From Bigelowiella natans CCMP2755 (taxonomy: Eukaryota > Protista > Cercozoa), in NCBI GenBank assembly GCA_000320545.1, contig ADNK01003172.1, positions 1-45,933 of the forward strand: 45,933 nucleotides of DNA. The letters are read 5' to 3'. The position numbers and the translations under genes are program-made. The notes beneath the pieces were generated by a model. The model saw only the letters and a list, made by a program, of their open reading frames with translations, made no database searches and was not told the origin of the DNA. Positions 1 through 11,225 of the stretch are shown piece after piece (positions within the stretch are counted from its first letter, which is position 1; every line of letters begins with the position of its first letter).

Positions 1-3000
1 CTGTACTTGGCCTCAGCTGCTGTGCAGGCCCTGCCCCACACCCGTATGATCTGCTGGTCTTGGGTAAGTACAGCAGCCATACCTAGCTTAGACCAGTCTG
101 TCCATAGGGTAGCTGGTCTAGTAGTGTCTAGCTTAGCATTCAATAGGGTGTTGCTGCATAACTTTATTAGGTTATCGAAGTGGGCATCAAGGCCAGCCTT
201 GGCCCACACCTTAGCGAAGCTGAGGCCTACAGAGTTCTCCTTCCGGTAAGCAGTAGTAAAAGCAGCTGCAGTCCTAGCGTAGGTAGGGGAGAACCTACGT
301 AGTATCCAAGCTGCAGTCTGCAAGAATGACTTTAACTCCTTTGCATTCTTAGGTTTAGGGGCTTGCTGTAGTGCTGCTACTTTCTCGGGGTTTGGGGTGA
401 TGCGGCCTTGCTCCAGGTAATATCCACACCACTTGATTCTTGTAGCTAGGAATGTACACTTCTGCAGTCTAATAGTAAAACCGAAGTGTGCAAACCTAAT
501 AAATATATTTTCCAGGAGGAAGATCTGAGCGACGACTGTGTTGGTACATATTATGTCATCATCCACATACACAAACACAAACACCCACAACACAGACGCC
601 ATCCCATCATGTGTGTATGCCCTGTAGTTCTGACTACTGAACGCATCCCCTGATATGCTTAGGCCGTAAGGGAATACGACGAAGTGCCACTTCCTGTGCC
701 TGCTGGAGAACGCGGTAATGGGGCGGGAGGTTTTGTGGATGGGTGTCTGCATGTATGATTCATTTTTATCTAGGGAAGAGTAGTATTTGTATCCTATGAC
801 GTGTTCAATAACGTCATCTATCCTTGGTGTAGGTGTCTGGATCCTCTTTATTACTCGGTTGTGGCGGATGAAGTTGTGCGCCAGGCGGAAGAAAGGGTAA
901 GTAGGTTTCTTAGCTAGCACATGTCTCACGTTCCATGGTGAGTTGCTTGGCTCTATCTTCCCTTCCTTTGCCCATTCATTGATCTGCCACTCTATCTTTT
1001 CCCAGTCCGCTTCCGGTCGCCTATGTTCTGGGTCATTGATGATGCACTCTTCGTATCCCTCCTTTAGCTCGATCTTTACTGGGGTAAGTTTGCTGGAGGG
1101 CTTCGTCGTCGGCTTGGTAATGTCAGAGTACTTCTCGTTTAATATTTTATTAATGTACTTTTTGCCTTTGTCGATATCCCAATCATCAGCTGGGGGGGTC
1201 TTGTCCAGTAGCTCCGTTATCTGTCGGATGGTCTTGCCGGGGTTCTTCTTCCGTATCTCGGAAGGTGTAGGTAGCTTGTTGTCCGCTAGGTCCATAAACT
1301 CTAACGCATTAACGCTTGACTCAGAGGTCCACTCGTCAAGCCGTATCATGTTCTGGCTGATGGTCCTGCCTGACTTCTTTGGTAACTTAGCATAGTATAT
1401 CTTGTGATTGTAGAATGATATGATCCCCCCTAATTTTTCTAGGGCATCCTGTCCGAGGAGTAGTTCCATGGATAAAGTCATGGCTACTCGGGTCTTGATT
1501 TGGGTCTCCGCGTCGCTGCCAGGTATCTGTAGCTTTAGCATTAGCTCACCGACGGTCTTCATAGAAGAGCTTCCGTCTGCTTGAGCATATTTACGTTCTT
1601 TCTTAGTCACTTGATCCAATAGTCCTAACCTTCTTACTGTGCTTAGGCTTATGAAGGACTTCGGCATGCTGCCACTATCCCAAAGGGCAGGTAGTTTCTT
1701 GTAGTCTCCGTAGCTGTCTTTAACTTTAACCTTGGTCATAGCAACTTTGATAGTCCTGTTAGCGTCTTCGTCATTAATGTTGCATACTCCTAAGTTCTTT
1801 ATGTCGTCTAGGGTCATGGGCTTGTCTTGGTCCTGCGTTGCTGGTACTGCTGTCTTCGTCGGCGCCTGCTTAAGGTGATCTAATATTCCGTTTATCTGCT
1901 GCTGTATAGCATTGATACTGTTCTGCTTCTTGTTCTTATATTTATTGTTCTTCCCGTTGTTGCTGCCTTGCCATTTGCTGTTGTTATATCCTTGTCCTCT
2001 GCCTTTCTTTCTCTTTAACTTCTCGTAGTGTTCGTTGAGCTGCCTGATCGTCATCCTGGGTCGTCCTTCTTTCCTGTCTCTGCAGTCTTTAGCGGTGTGT
2101 TTCCCTTTACGTGAGCAGTATCCGCAACGTCGGTTACCTTCCCTGTCCTTGTACCAGTCTCGCTGCGGCTTAATAGCGTTAATGTTTCCTATGCCAGGTA
2201 CCTTAGGGCTGGTAAACTTGCGGTCCTGCTCCTGCTCGCGTAGGGATATAGCCTGCACTGCTGCCTCCATCGTGGTGTAGCCTTTCTCCGTAACGTAAGT
2301 GGATTCCTTTATCTTTAACTTGAACTCTTCAAACCTTGCCTGATCATCACCTGTGTTGTAATTAAAATCATGTAGTTCGTCGATCATATCCTGGAAGCGC
2401 GTGGCAAAGTCTCTAACAGGTTCTCTCTCATGCTGCATCATTGCTCTGTATTTTCTAATAGCCTGGGGTAGGGAGTTAGCATCCTGTTCATTTACAAAAG
2501 CCTTCATTATCGCCTCAACGTCTCGTAGCCCACTAACTGTAGTGTGTATTTTCTCCAGCTGCCTGATCCGGGTCCTGCCTGTCTCGTAAAGGTCCATGGC
2601 TTGCTTTATTATAGCTAGCCATTTGAGCTTGTCGTTTTCGGTGGGGTTAGGGGTAAAGTCGCAGAGTATACTCCTAGCGTTCTTCCACCACCTCCTTGCC
2701 TCACCTCTTTTCCCGTTGTATTTCGTTATCATAACCGGTGCTGTTTTAACAGACATGAACTGGGTGTTCCGCTGTACCGGCTGCTGCTGCTTGACGGTGC
2801 TCTGGGTCGTCCCCCGCGAGGCGCCCAGACCCCCGTCGTTCCTAAACAAAGCTGCCCACTCTGGAGGTAAGTCTGCTTCGTAATCCATGATGTCCTGCAT
2901 GATAGCTGCCCAAACATCATGTGTCTGATACTTGTATTCTATCGATACTTTCAGTTTGGCGTAGTTGCTCGCCCTGGGTCGCAAGGCTCGTAATGCCATT

Positions 3001-3233
3001 ACGACCTTCTTGCTTTCGGCGGCCACGTCCTCGTCGTCCGCCTCGTAGAAGTTCTCCAGTGCCTCTGCTGCTGCATCTGCTTTCTTAATCCCGGGTGCTG
3101 GTCCCGGCGGTGCCTGTGGAGGTGTTCCTCCTCCTTCCTTAGCGTCCGTATCGCCCTTCCTTTCCTGTTTCTGCTCGTGCCCTTGCACGGCCTGCGAGCC
3201 AAAGTCCTGCTGTTCTTCTAGCTGCTGTGACAT
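1..3233 (-). CDS. Gag-Pol polyprotein, single ORF, >1070 aa, open at window edge
   Basis: ATG at 3233 (MSQQLEEQQDF); gag KYNGKRGEARRWW and MHR-like QHEREPVRDFATRF; knuckle CGYCSRKGKHTAKDC; protease ALWDSGS...LLLGQDAL; RT FPYGLS and YVDD (569-558) in the same frame as the ATG; RNase H start TLWTDWSKLGMAAVLTQ. Absent from the ORF track, presumably because its stop lies outside the window. Confidence 0.93.
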   Translation of the reverse strand, partial: MSQQLEEQQDFGSQAVQGHEQKQERKGDTDAKEGGGTPPQAPPGPAPGIKKADAAAEALENFYEADDEDVAAESKKVVMALRALRPRASNYAKLKVSIEYKYQTHDVWAAIMQDIMDYEADLPPEWAALFRNDGGLGASRGTTQSTVKQQQPVQRNTQFMSVKTAPVMITKYNGKRGEARRWWKNARSILCDFTPNPTENDKLKWLAIIKQAMDLYETGRTRIRQLEKIHTTVSGLRDVEAIMKAFVNEQDANSLPQAIRKYRAMMQHEREPVRDFATRFQDMIDELHDFNYNTGDDQARFEEFKLKIKESTYVTEKGYTTMEAAVQAISLREQEQDRKFTSPKVPGIGNINAIKPQRDWYKDREGNRRCGYCSRKGKHTAKDCRDRKEGRPRMTIRQLNEHYEKLKRKKGRGQGYNNSKWQGSNNGKNNKYKNKKQNSINAIQQQINGILDHLKQAPTKTAVPATQDQDKPMTLDDIKNLGVCNINDEDANRTIKVAMTKVKVKDSYGDYKKLPALWDSGSMPKSFISLSTVRRLGLLDQVTKKERKYAQADGSSSMKTVGELMLKLQIPGSDAETQIKTRVAMTLSMELLLGQDALEKLGGIISFYNHKIYYAKLPKKSGRTISQNMIRLDEWTSESSVNALEFMDLADNKLPTPSEIRKKNPGKTIRQITELLDKTPPADDWDIDKGKKYINKILNEKYSDITKPTTKPSSKLTPVKIELKEGYEECIINDPEHRRPEADWEKIEWQINEWAKEGKIEPSNSPWNVRHVLAKKPTYPFFRLAHNFIRHNRVIKRIQTPTPRIDDVIEHVIGYKYYSSLDKNESYMQTPIHKTSRPITAFSSRHRKWHFVVFPYGLSISGDAFSSQNYRAYTHDGMASVLWVFVFVYVDDDIICTNTVVAQIFLLENIFIRFAHFGFTIRLQKCTFLATRIKWCGYYLEQGRITPNPEKVAALQQAPKPKNAKELKSFLQTAAWILRRFSPTYARTAAAFTTAYRKENSVGLSFAKVWAKAGLDAHFDNLIKLCSNTLLNAKLDTTRPATLWTDWSKLGMAAVLTQDQQIIRVWGRACTAAEAKY

Positions 3234-3249
3234 TGTTAGTCAAATCGTT

Positions 3250-3267
3250 TCCCGTGTGTGGAAGCCA
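3250..3267 (-). promoter_or_regulatory. Primer-binding site (PBS)
   Basis: TGGCTTCCACACACGGGA starts 5 nt after the LTR CA end; its complement ends ...GGAAGCCA like a tRNA 3' end (Asp/Glu-like). Confidence 0.7.
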
Positions 3268-3272
3268 AAGGT

Positions 3273-3598
3273 TGTTGCGCGTAAGGTGTTCACAGGCCGA
3301 GGCGCTACGTGCACAAGTAGGCAGGGGGGGGGAAAGGCACGTTTGCTTCCTTTTGAAGAGTTTTGTTTATTTTTATTAAAGATTATATTTTTGTTAAATC
3401 GTGCACTGCGTAATCATTCGCGAAGCTTTCGCGAATGCCGCCGCACGTGGGGCAGCACACTTCCGGTGTGCTGCCATGAGTCCCGCCGGAACCCACGTGC
3501 CTATACTGTATTAATATCTACGTTATCTATATTCTATATCCGCGACAACCCCTTTGTTGTCGCACGTGACTTGTGCTCGCGTAGTAGTACGCACTACA
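3273..3598 (-). repeat. 5' LTR (326 bp)
   Basis: Minus strand begins TGTAGTGCGTA and ends TACGCGCAACA (TG..CA ends, 9/11 inverted repeat). AT-rich TATA-like block 3500-3540 and AATAAA-like signal near 3361-3377. The second LTR is outside the window. Confidence 0.8.
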
Positions 3599-4130
3599 AT
3601 TTGCAAGAAGCCACTTTCGCTCGTGGTTTTTGAAAAAATCACACTTTCCTTTGATCTGCAGCATTCCTCATCGCTGTGTAGATGTGTTTGCATCTGTGAC
3701 AGGTCAGCAGAGCGAGTTGTAGCAGTCCAGAGTCACTTGCGATCAATTCTGCAGGTGTTGTGTTTGCATCAAACGCACGCACGTAGTCACAGATCCATCT
3801 GCACATGGCCCTTGAAAACTGTGACAGGTGGTAGCACATGCTGATCTAAAATGCTTGTACACTTGCCAACAAGTTCAATGGGAATTATCTTTCTTCCACA
3901 TCGCACACATCAACTGCACTAGGGCAATGAATTCATTTTTCTAGTTTTCTCACTTTCATGATTTCGCAAGCTAGTGTTGGCAACACTGCTAGAACACGCA
4001 GAAGGACGGATGCATGCACAACACACATGCACTACATGCGACGCATTCATGGCAGGTACACGCCGTTTGCAGTGCTGCGTGTCCGATGCAATGAGGTGGA
4101 AATCTAGCAACAAATGTGCAAAGCCACATG
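3599..4130. other. TpA-depleted degenerate tract
   Basis: About 14 TA in about 530 nt; 5 are CTAG and 6 more have one CTA/TAG flank; TG/CA rich. Confidence 0.75.
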
Positions 4131-4306
4131 TATGGGAGTATTTTTGCATTTCACATATTTCATTTAATTATTTTGACCATCGATGGTCAATCATTGTGAT
4201 TTACGCAGCCGACTATACGTAATGTAGCATGCATATCGCCTGGGAGAGACCGTCGTTCTTCCAAAACGCTTTTCTTGATAGTCATTAGTAAGGGCAACTG
4301 GTATGC

Positions 4307-5594
4307 TTACAGACCGAAGAATATGTCAGATTCTTCCATATCGTCTAGCTCTGGAACAGAAAAATTGAATTCGCATTGCGGCCTACTTGGTTCATCGTTA
4401 TTAGAGAGCAAAATTGAAGGTGACGAGTCCTCCCCTAAGCCACCGAATCTGTTCCATGAATAGGAGAAGATTTATCGTACGATTATACAAGTTGATATCA
4501 TTTAGGATTAGGGTTCTGAAGTAGCAACTATTGCCCTCTCCTGGTCCCTAGCCCGCTAGTCTTTGCTTTACCTTGTCGAGATCGAATCACTAGTATCAGA
4601 TTTAGCGTCCCCGGGAAACACAGAAGCATTGAATTTGAGAGGGAAGCTGCTATTGGAATGAATTTTAGAGGGAGGGAGGTCCTGGCGACGATTATCATCT
4701 TGGTCAATGGGTGGAGAGTGGTTGTTGGGCACAGAAAGGGGGCTTGCGGGGGGGAAGAAACCCTGATTTTCGCCTCTGTTAGTTGCAGCAGGGTTGGTAT
4801 GAAGTTGATGCGTAGTATGTTTTGCATTTTGCTGCTGTGGTTGAGGGGATGCTGGCTTCGAGCACATTGCTTGAAGACATGATGTTAACTTTTCAATCCG
4901 CTTTCTCATTTCCTATTCAAAGTCGTTGAGCAGAATTTAGTGCACATATGGTAGGGTATATTGTAGTTGTCCAACCTCTCTTTCTTTGAGGAGTTCGTTA
5001 TTCCTCTGCCGAAGCTTTTGAATTGTGTAACGAGACTCAGAAAGAATGAGTGTTTTATCCAGTTTCGAAGATCTGTGATGAAGAACGAGAAGAAAGCAGC
5101 ATCATTTACTACGTGGTTGAGTTGAAAGAAAAAGTGGAAACATGTTTGTATGAATAAAACTTGAAGTAATATGTTAGCCAGTGAGTGATGATTTATTCTG
5201 TGCAGCAGTACTTACCGATTGAGACGTAGTTCGCTTGCAAGCTCCCGAAAGCAGACTCCGATTTGCTTCCTTCTCTCTCTGTAAGGGTGGCCAAATATTA
5301 GCAGAATGACACCTTGGATAGTAACTGGGATATCCACCTCTCTCTGTTGATTTTCCTGGCTTTCCTCTTATCGATCTCAGATGCTGTCTTTGATTTCTCG
5401 AAGAGGTTTAGAGTCGAGTCAAATTTTGTTTCTAGAACGTTTATCTTCGGATTTGGCTCCTTTTCCTCCTCAAGTGCCATTTTTGGAGGGCTTTCGAGGG
5501 TGGACCAAAAATTCATCGTCTGATTGAACTGCTCGGAACGCCGGCGCTTTTTTTGACGTTTGACTGGTGGGAGTCGTGATGATCTGGGCGACAT
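4307..5594 (-). CDS. bHLH(-Zip) transcription factor, multi-exon
   Basis: Spliced: KRKARKINRE-RERRKQIGVCFRELASELRLN-RSSKLDKTLILSESRYTIQKLRQRNNELLKERE-EMRKRIEKL; canonical GT-AG introns; stop at 4307; start uncertain. Confidence 0.85.
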
Positions 5595-6075
5595 TTAGCT
5601 TTAGATTAATTGTGTATTCAATGTAGACATGCAAACTACACATACTTGTTATCATCGGCCATGCTCTTCCAAAAAGCAAGTTGCGCTTGGAACTGGGATC
5701 TGAGTAGAAGAGGATGTGTCATTAACTGTATGTTGCACGAGTCATCTCAAAACGAACACAAATACCTCTTAGAATCGCTGCTATTCATCATTTCGACCCC
5801 TTGCCCCAGGCCCAGGGGTGTTGCTATGGGGGTGACCAAATCCATCGAGAAATATGAGCAGAAAGTTCAGACACGAAGATACGCCAAAGTGCGCGACAAA
5901 GGCCATTTATTTTGAAATATCTCCTGATTTGATGTCGTTCGATCTATATCTTCCCTGCTCAAGAGAATACCAATTCCAGGATGTCGTTTTCCAGTGGTTC
6001 CTTGCGAGCTCTCGGAATTTTCTTGGAATTTGATACAGAATTCGCCTTTTACACAAGGATGCGACATGAATAATA

Positions 6076-6749
6076 TGTTGACGCGATGAGTTCACATTGA
6101 GATGTCCCCCAATCATTCATTCCATGTGGCAGTCCAACGTCTAGCCGTGTCATTCACAGAAGTCATCTTGTCACAGTCATTTTGTTGTGTCACACGAGAG
6201 GGGACCTGAAATCACTGCTCGAAGTCATGAAAAGGGGACAAATCGACAGTGCTGCACCCACGCACCCACCAAGTGAGAAAAAGGAACCTGTGAACAAATC
6301 AAACCAGAGCACAGGTCACTGGACTGCTGTCAATTGAGAGCACCAGAATTGTTCACATTCAGCATGTGCATTTTCCACAGAGACGAAGACATAGACTAGG
6401 ACGTTGGATTGCCTCGAACCGCGGAGCCAAACACCATGACACCATGAGCCCGACTCGATGGTTCCCGGGGCACAGAGCTGGAGCGTGTGGGCCAGACAAG
6501 CTGAGCGCGATGCTTGCGTGCGTGTTGCATGATGATGTCGGTCCACACACGCACATGTACGTGTGTCCATGGCGTGCACATCTAGACCGTGAAAACATGA
6601 ATCCAACGTGATTCAATTGCGTTGTCTCACGTAGACATGGCGGGGCGCGTGCAACGCCATGGCAGCTCATGTCGATGCTGAACTGCTAGTCGAGCTAGCT
6701 CAAGCCGGTGACAGGACAAGGACAGGCACCTTTCCAAATCGCACTCAAT
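6076..6749. other. TpA-erased tract (possible dead gene or element)
   Basis: 8 TA in 674 nt: 5 CTAG, 1 ATAG, 1 GTAG, 1 GTAC; CpG abundant. Confidence 0.85.
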
Positions 6750-6850
6750 TATAGACACGTAATATCATATATATATATATATATATTATATATGCTATTA
6801 CTATGATTATAGACACGTAACATATACATATTATACATGCTATTACTATG
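6748..6850. repeat. Two-copy AT-rich tandem repeat
   Basis: ATTATAGACACGTAA...GCTATTACTATG at 6748-6805 and 6806-6850. Confidence 0.9.
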
Positions 6851-7424
6851 TCTATTATCTCATTCATTTGTTGTCGATGCTGCATGATGCCGTCAGTGCA
6901 GCCATGCATGACCGTCATGGGCAAGTACGTAGGACGCACACACGCGCGCACATGCGCTCATCTCTGCTGTGTCTAGGTGTGCCTGTGTCGCGCATGTGCG
7001 CAATGTGCATTGTGTGACGAGCATGCATCGATTGTTACATGTACGTGTTTGTCTTGCCGCACAAACAACGCCGACACAGCACTCGCTACGATGCCGCCTG
7101 GCCATGTGATGAAGCGACTGTACCCATTCGACAGCTACTGGCGAGCCCATCACAATTACTATGTGCAACCATGAAATTAGGCACAATGAGCGAAGCACGG
7201 CACACTGGGAGTGGCATAGCTGTATAGCCCGTACTGTACATACTCCATACACTCGCACAGTAATACTCAAATTGTACAGGAAAGAATGAGCACAATTGGA
7301 TCAGATTATTGTTGCGCTACACGACTCTGACTTATTTGTCAGTTTCATTATTTTCCTCCTACGGTGCAGCTTGAGTGGTTGGATCATCTTTGTTTTCGTT
7401 GCTCTTCTCACTTTTATTGTTCAT

Positions 7425-8358
7425 TTAAGTGTCCGTCTTACCACCCTCTCCTTTTTGCTGGTCGGCTTCCTTCGCTTCTACTTCTTCTTTCTTTGTTCCA
7501 TCTTTATTTTTTCCTTCACTTTCAACTTCTTTTTTGCCTTCCTCCTTTTTTGCTTCTTCCTTTTTTGCTTCTTCCTTTTTATCTTCCTCCTCTTTGCTAT
7601 CGTCCTTCACGTTCTCAAAAGATGGAGCAATTGGTTTGTGTCCCTACATAAATATGATGATGATGGCAATGAGCGATTCAAGGACTCAATATATTTGAAT
7701 GCTGAATCATCAACTATTGTACGACCATTTTTTCCCTTGATGACACGAAGCCCTCGGAAAACCACTTCAATATTTCTAATGGAGCTAGTTTGTTCTCTGC
7801 AGGGCACAATGCCTGGAATAAATTTTCCACCTAATGACGCATTCGCGTAAAATGTATTACAACTCATTGTTGCATAGAACGTTGGATTTTTTAGGTTTCA
7901 CCTGTATCTTTGCATCTTCCTCACTCTCATGAGACTTGGTAAATATTTCTTGAATCTCTCCTCGCTCCAACGGAGCATTGCGGTGTGATTTTCTCTGCAG
8001 GCACATTTTACGGATATTGACTAGCGAAGTCAGGTTTTTCATTCGCGTAAACTCATGACAAAACAGCCCGATCGTTGGCTTTTCGTTGACTCTGTAAAAG
8101 TCCTTGATATGGACTTTCACATCGTTCTCAGGCATCCCGCTCTTCTCCAGAAGCTCAGCTAGTTTCTCTTTGTCGACAACGCTACAACATGCGAAAGGGT
8201 GGCGATATTAGGATAAGGAGTTTGAGATAAGGAGGTTCGAGATTAGCTTGGTGTCGTGAAATTCAAAGGAAAATACTGGAAACTTGCTCATACCTGTCTT
8301 GCTCGAGTAGTGCATCTTCTGCTGTGATCTGAAACTTCTTCACACTGAACTCCGTCAT
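7425..8358 (-). CDS. Hypothetical protein with degenerate EF-hand-like helices and an E/K-rich tail; 4 exons
   Basis: MTEFSVKKFQ.. / SVVDKEKLAELLEKSG..LERGEIQEIFTKS / VENLFQALCP..LEILKWF..REKM / GHKPIAP..KKEEAKKEEAKKEEGKK; GT-AG junctions keep the frame. Confidence 0.7.
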
Positions 8359-8858
8359 CCTCACGGCTCTGATCAATACCAGCGAAGGTAGGGGAACTAA
8401 AGAAGCTTGTTCGTTCCTTTCCCAGGGAGTGCTGGGATCCTCTGCAGAGAGTAACAGTTATTCCGCTGTTGATCCGAGGGGGCGGATCGCCGTTTCGGCC
8501 GTTTCTGGCGTCAGAGGGAATTGTGAAAGTTAAAAATATATCGATATTTAATCGCAAAATATCGCATCATAATTTGTCACTGACAAAGCATTAAATTTCG
8601 AAATCCTGCCATCCTTTTAAGGAGAAGCTAAGATACCTTTGTAATATATTTTTATCCAAAAGGGACCTGAAAAACAAGAAGAGGCTATACATAAAACAAC
8701 AACTACAACACTTTCGAAACTTCTCTTTATAGAAAATAATACTGGAAAATACTAAACATGCGTTAAAATTATTCAGGCCGGATAGATCCCAAAATATCTT
8801 TCCAGAGCACAATTGCCTTACTCTTCTTTCTCCCTCCGCACCCCTCCTCCTCCGATCG

Positions 8859-10148
8859 ATGTTGGACCGCCCTCCCATCTGTTCGCATAGTTCTTTCAAG
8901 CCTTCTAAATGGGCGATAGCTGGGATCCTATTCTTTACGTTTGCGGCAAATATTGTTCCAGCTTGGATACCGAGGAGGGTTGGGGCAGTTGAAGGCTATA
9001 AAAGGGCGATGCTTCAGGTGCCACAGTTCTCGGTCCCAACCGCACTTGCTTCTTCCGTCTCTAATTTCCCATTATTTGTTGTTTCCAAATCCTGTCTACC
9101 TTCATTGCCTGATGCGTAGCGCGTACCTAGAGGGAAAAAAAAAGAAATTCTTAGAATGGAGAACAAAGATATCGTCGCTGGTGAGATGAGGCACACTGAA
9201 AATAGACACATTTTTGTAAAACAGACAATGTCTTCGCCGGCTTTCATCGGCACGTTTTGTCCAAAACGTTCTTCACTATATAGAAGGGTATCGCAGGGTT
9301 CTCGAGCTTCCTCGAATCCCTTGAGCTCTCGCTCGTTGCCATCCTTAGTAGTAAACGCACGGGATGACGATTCCAGCAGAGGTTCTAGTAGCTCTACCAA
9401 GCCCACGGTTACTGCTCGGTGGTCTATCGATTGCAGGTTCGATTGTTGATAGAAAATGTTGTCATGCATGCACGGTGCGTTGGAGAATGGGAGTTGTGGG
9501 TCTGTTGTGTTGCCCTGCCTACTGTGACGAGGACATTTTTCCTGCTTACGTCTTGAAATATGCCAGAGAAGACTCGTTCACCCTTCTTTACCCTCCTCTA
9601 ACTGTCGTCCTGCCTTGGATATTCGATTCTCAATTCCCCCCCCGGCCGTCAGGTACGGATCGAAGTACGCTGCCGTTGAGCTAGTGCAAGAATGGATGCG
9701 CACGATCGGGGCCAAAGCAGGACTTAACGGTGATGATAATAGCCACCAACATCGATGTTGCAATGATAGTAATAGGGGTGACAAGAAAGGGATGGTAAGA
9801 GGATGACGACGAAGTCAACGATGCGTTTTTAACTGGCCTGCGAAAGACGAAAAATTACAAGGATATATCTGCAATCAGCAACTTCTCTACCCTTGTTCAG
9901 ATAATAACTGCCGCTTGCTGAGCGGAGCGGTGGGGGTAAAGGAATCGCGTCTAGAAATGGAGGTAGTTGCTCTAACATGTAATAAGTGCGTTGAGCCTTG
10001 GGTAAGGGTGGGAAGAACAAGCTTGGATGTATTTAACACCTAGCACGTGTATTTAGTTGTCGAAGCATCATCATGATACTACCCATCTTCTTCATCTCCC
10101 TCCCCTGAAAATTAGGTTGACATGCCCAGCTTCGCTGCGTTGGAGACG

Positions 10149-10191
<43 letters not shown>

Positions 10192-10211
10192 CGCAATCAG
10201 TAAATTCTAAG

Positions 10212-10247
<36 letters not shown>

Positions 10248-11194
10248 CTCCTTATGCTTCGCCCCCCCCCCCGGGGTTACTCTTTCCGTGTGCTGCTACA
10301 TTCATACTCAGCTTTTGGAGCTCGATCCCTATGGAGGAGCATATGGACTGGTCAGAACGGTAAACATTTCACATTATCACCGTGGTTGTCCTCGTCTTTC
10401 TTAGCACATCCTTCATGACATCAACACAAGAATTGCTCTAGTGGAAGAAGATGATTCATCAGCAATTGCTACATGATTTAACTCAAAATAGAATGAAACC
10501 ACACATGGTCGACGGTTCCCCGGAATGGCAGGTGTATCGTAAGCTAGCAGCCACAACCTCTTCCTCCTCGCCAACCAACCTACAGCAGGAGATGAAGGAG
10601 AGTGGGGGGCTAGAGAAAATCAGAGGCTTATATGATGACGACGAGGAGGAGGATGAGGGAGAAGAGGTCCTTACGTCTGTGGACTTGCGGGTTGTAGTAA
10701 CACATTTGAAGGAAATATTCTGATAATGATCCAAAGCACAACCACAAACACACGCACAAACACACACACACACACACCTAAATCTCATCCCGCAACACGG
10801 CAGCTAGCAGTGTGCCCCCTGCGGGACAAAACCATCGGACGATTCCGATGCTATTTGCCAGCATCGAATATCGGCGATATGCTTCGTTGCTCTATTTGTT
10901 GTTTTGTATGATTGAGTCTGTTGCGTAGTGCTTGGTGGAAAACATTTTTGTAAACGCTAGTGAAATGGTAGGAGGGGGGAGAGGGATATCTTCATGCTTA
11001 CCCTCAGTACAGCGAATACTACGCTACATTGTTACAATACTCTACTAGAAAGACTACACCCGCACTATAACCACTTCCCTCTTCTTCTCTTTAATGCTGA
11101 ACATAGACGGGCGAGGAGAAGATGATTTTTGATATGGAGGGAAAGCCTATCAAGCTTAACAAAGGAGACAAGATACCAGGTTTGTAACATATAC

Positions 11195-11225
<31 letters not shown>

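Larger units (their letters stand above)
1..3598 (-). mobile_element. Ty3/Gypsy-type LTR retrotransposon, 5' portion (continues beyond window start)
   Basis: LTR, PBS and gag-PR-RT-RNaseH in Gypsy order (RT directly after protease, no integrase in between), read by hand on the minus strand. Confidence 0.95.

Noticed and set aside
1-300. TAG/CTA enrichment in the retroelement as adaptation to the TA mutator
   Set aside because: Could be ordinary codon usage; sample too small
7-2883. Plus-strand ORFs over the retrotransposon
   Set aside because: Antisense shadows of gag-pol
6138-6149. 12-mer CGTCTAGCCGTG shared with 22944-22955
   Set aside because: Expected by chance at this length; no extension of the match
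10425-10460. Apparent in-frame TAG readthrough or non-standard genetic code
   Set aside because: Region is intronic; canonical GT-AG splicing gives a continuous protein, and TAA/TAG/TGA all act as stops elsewhere
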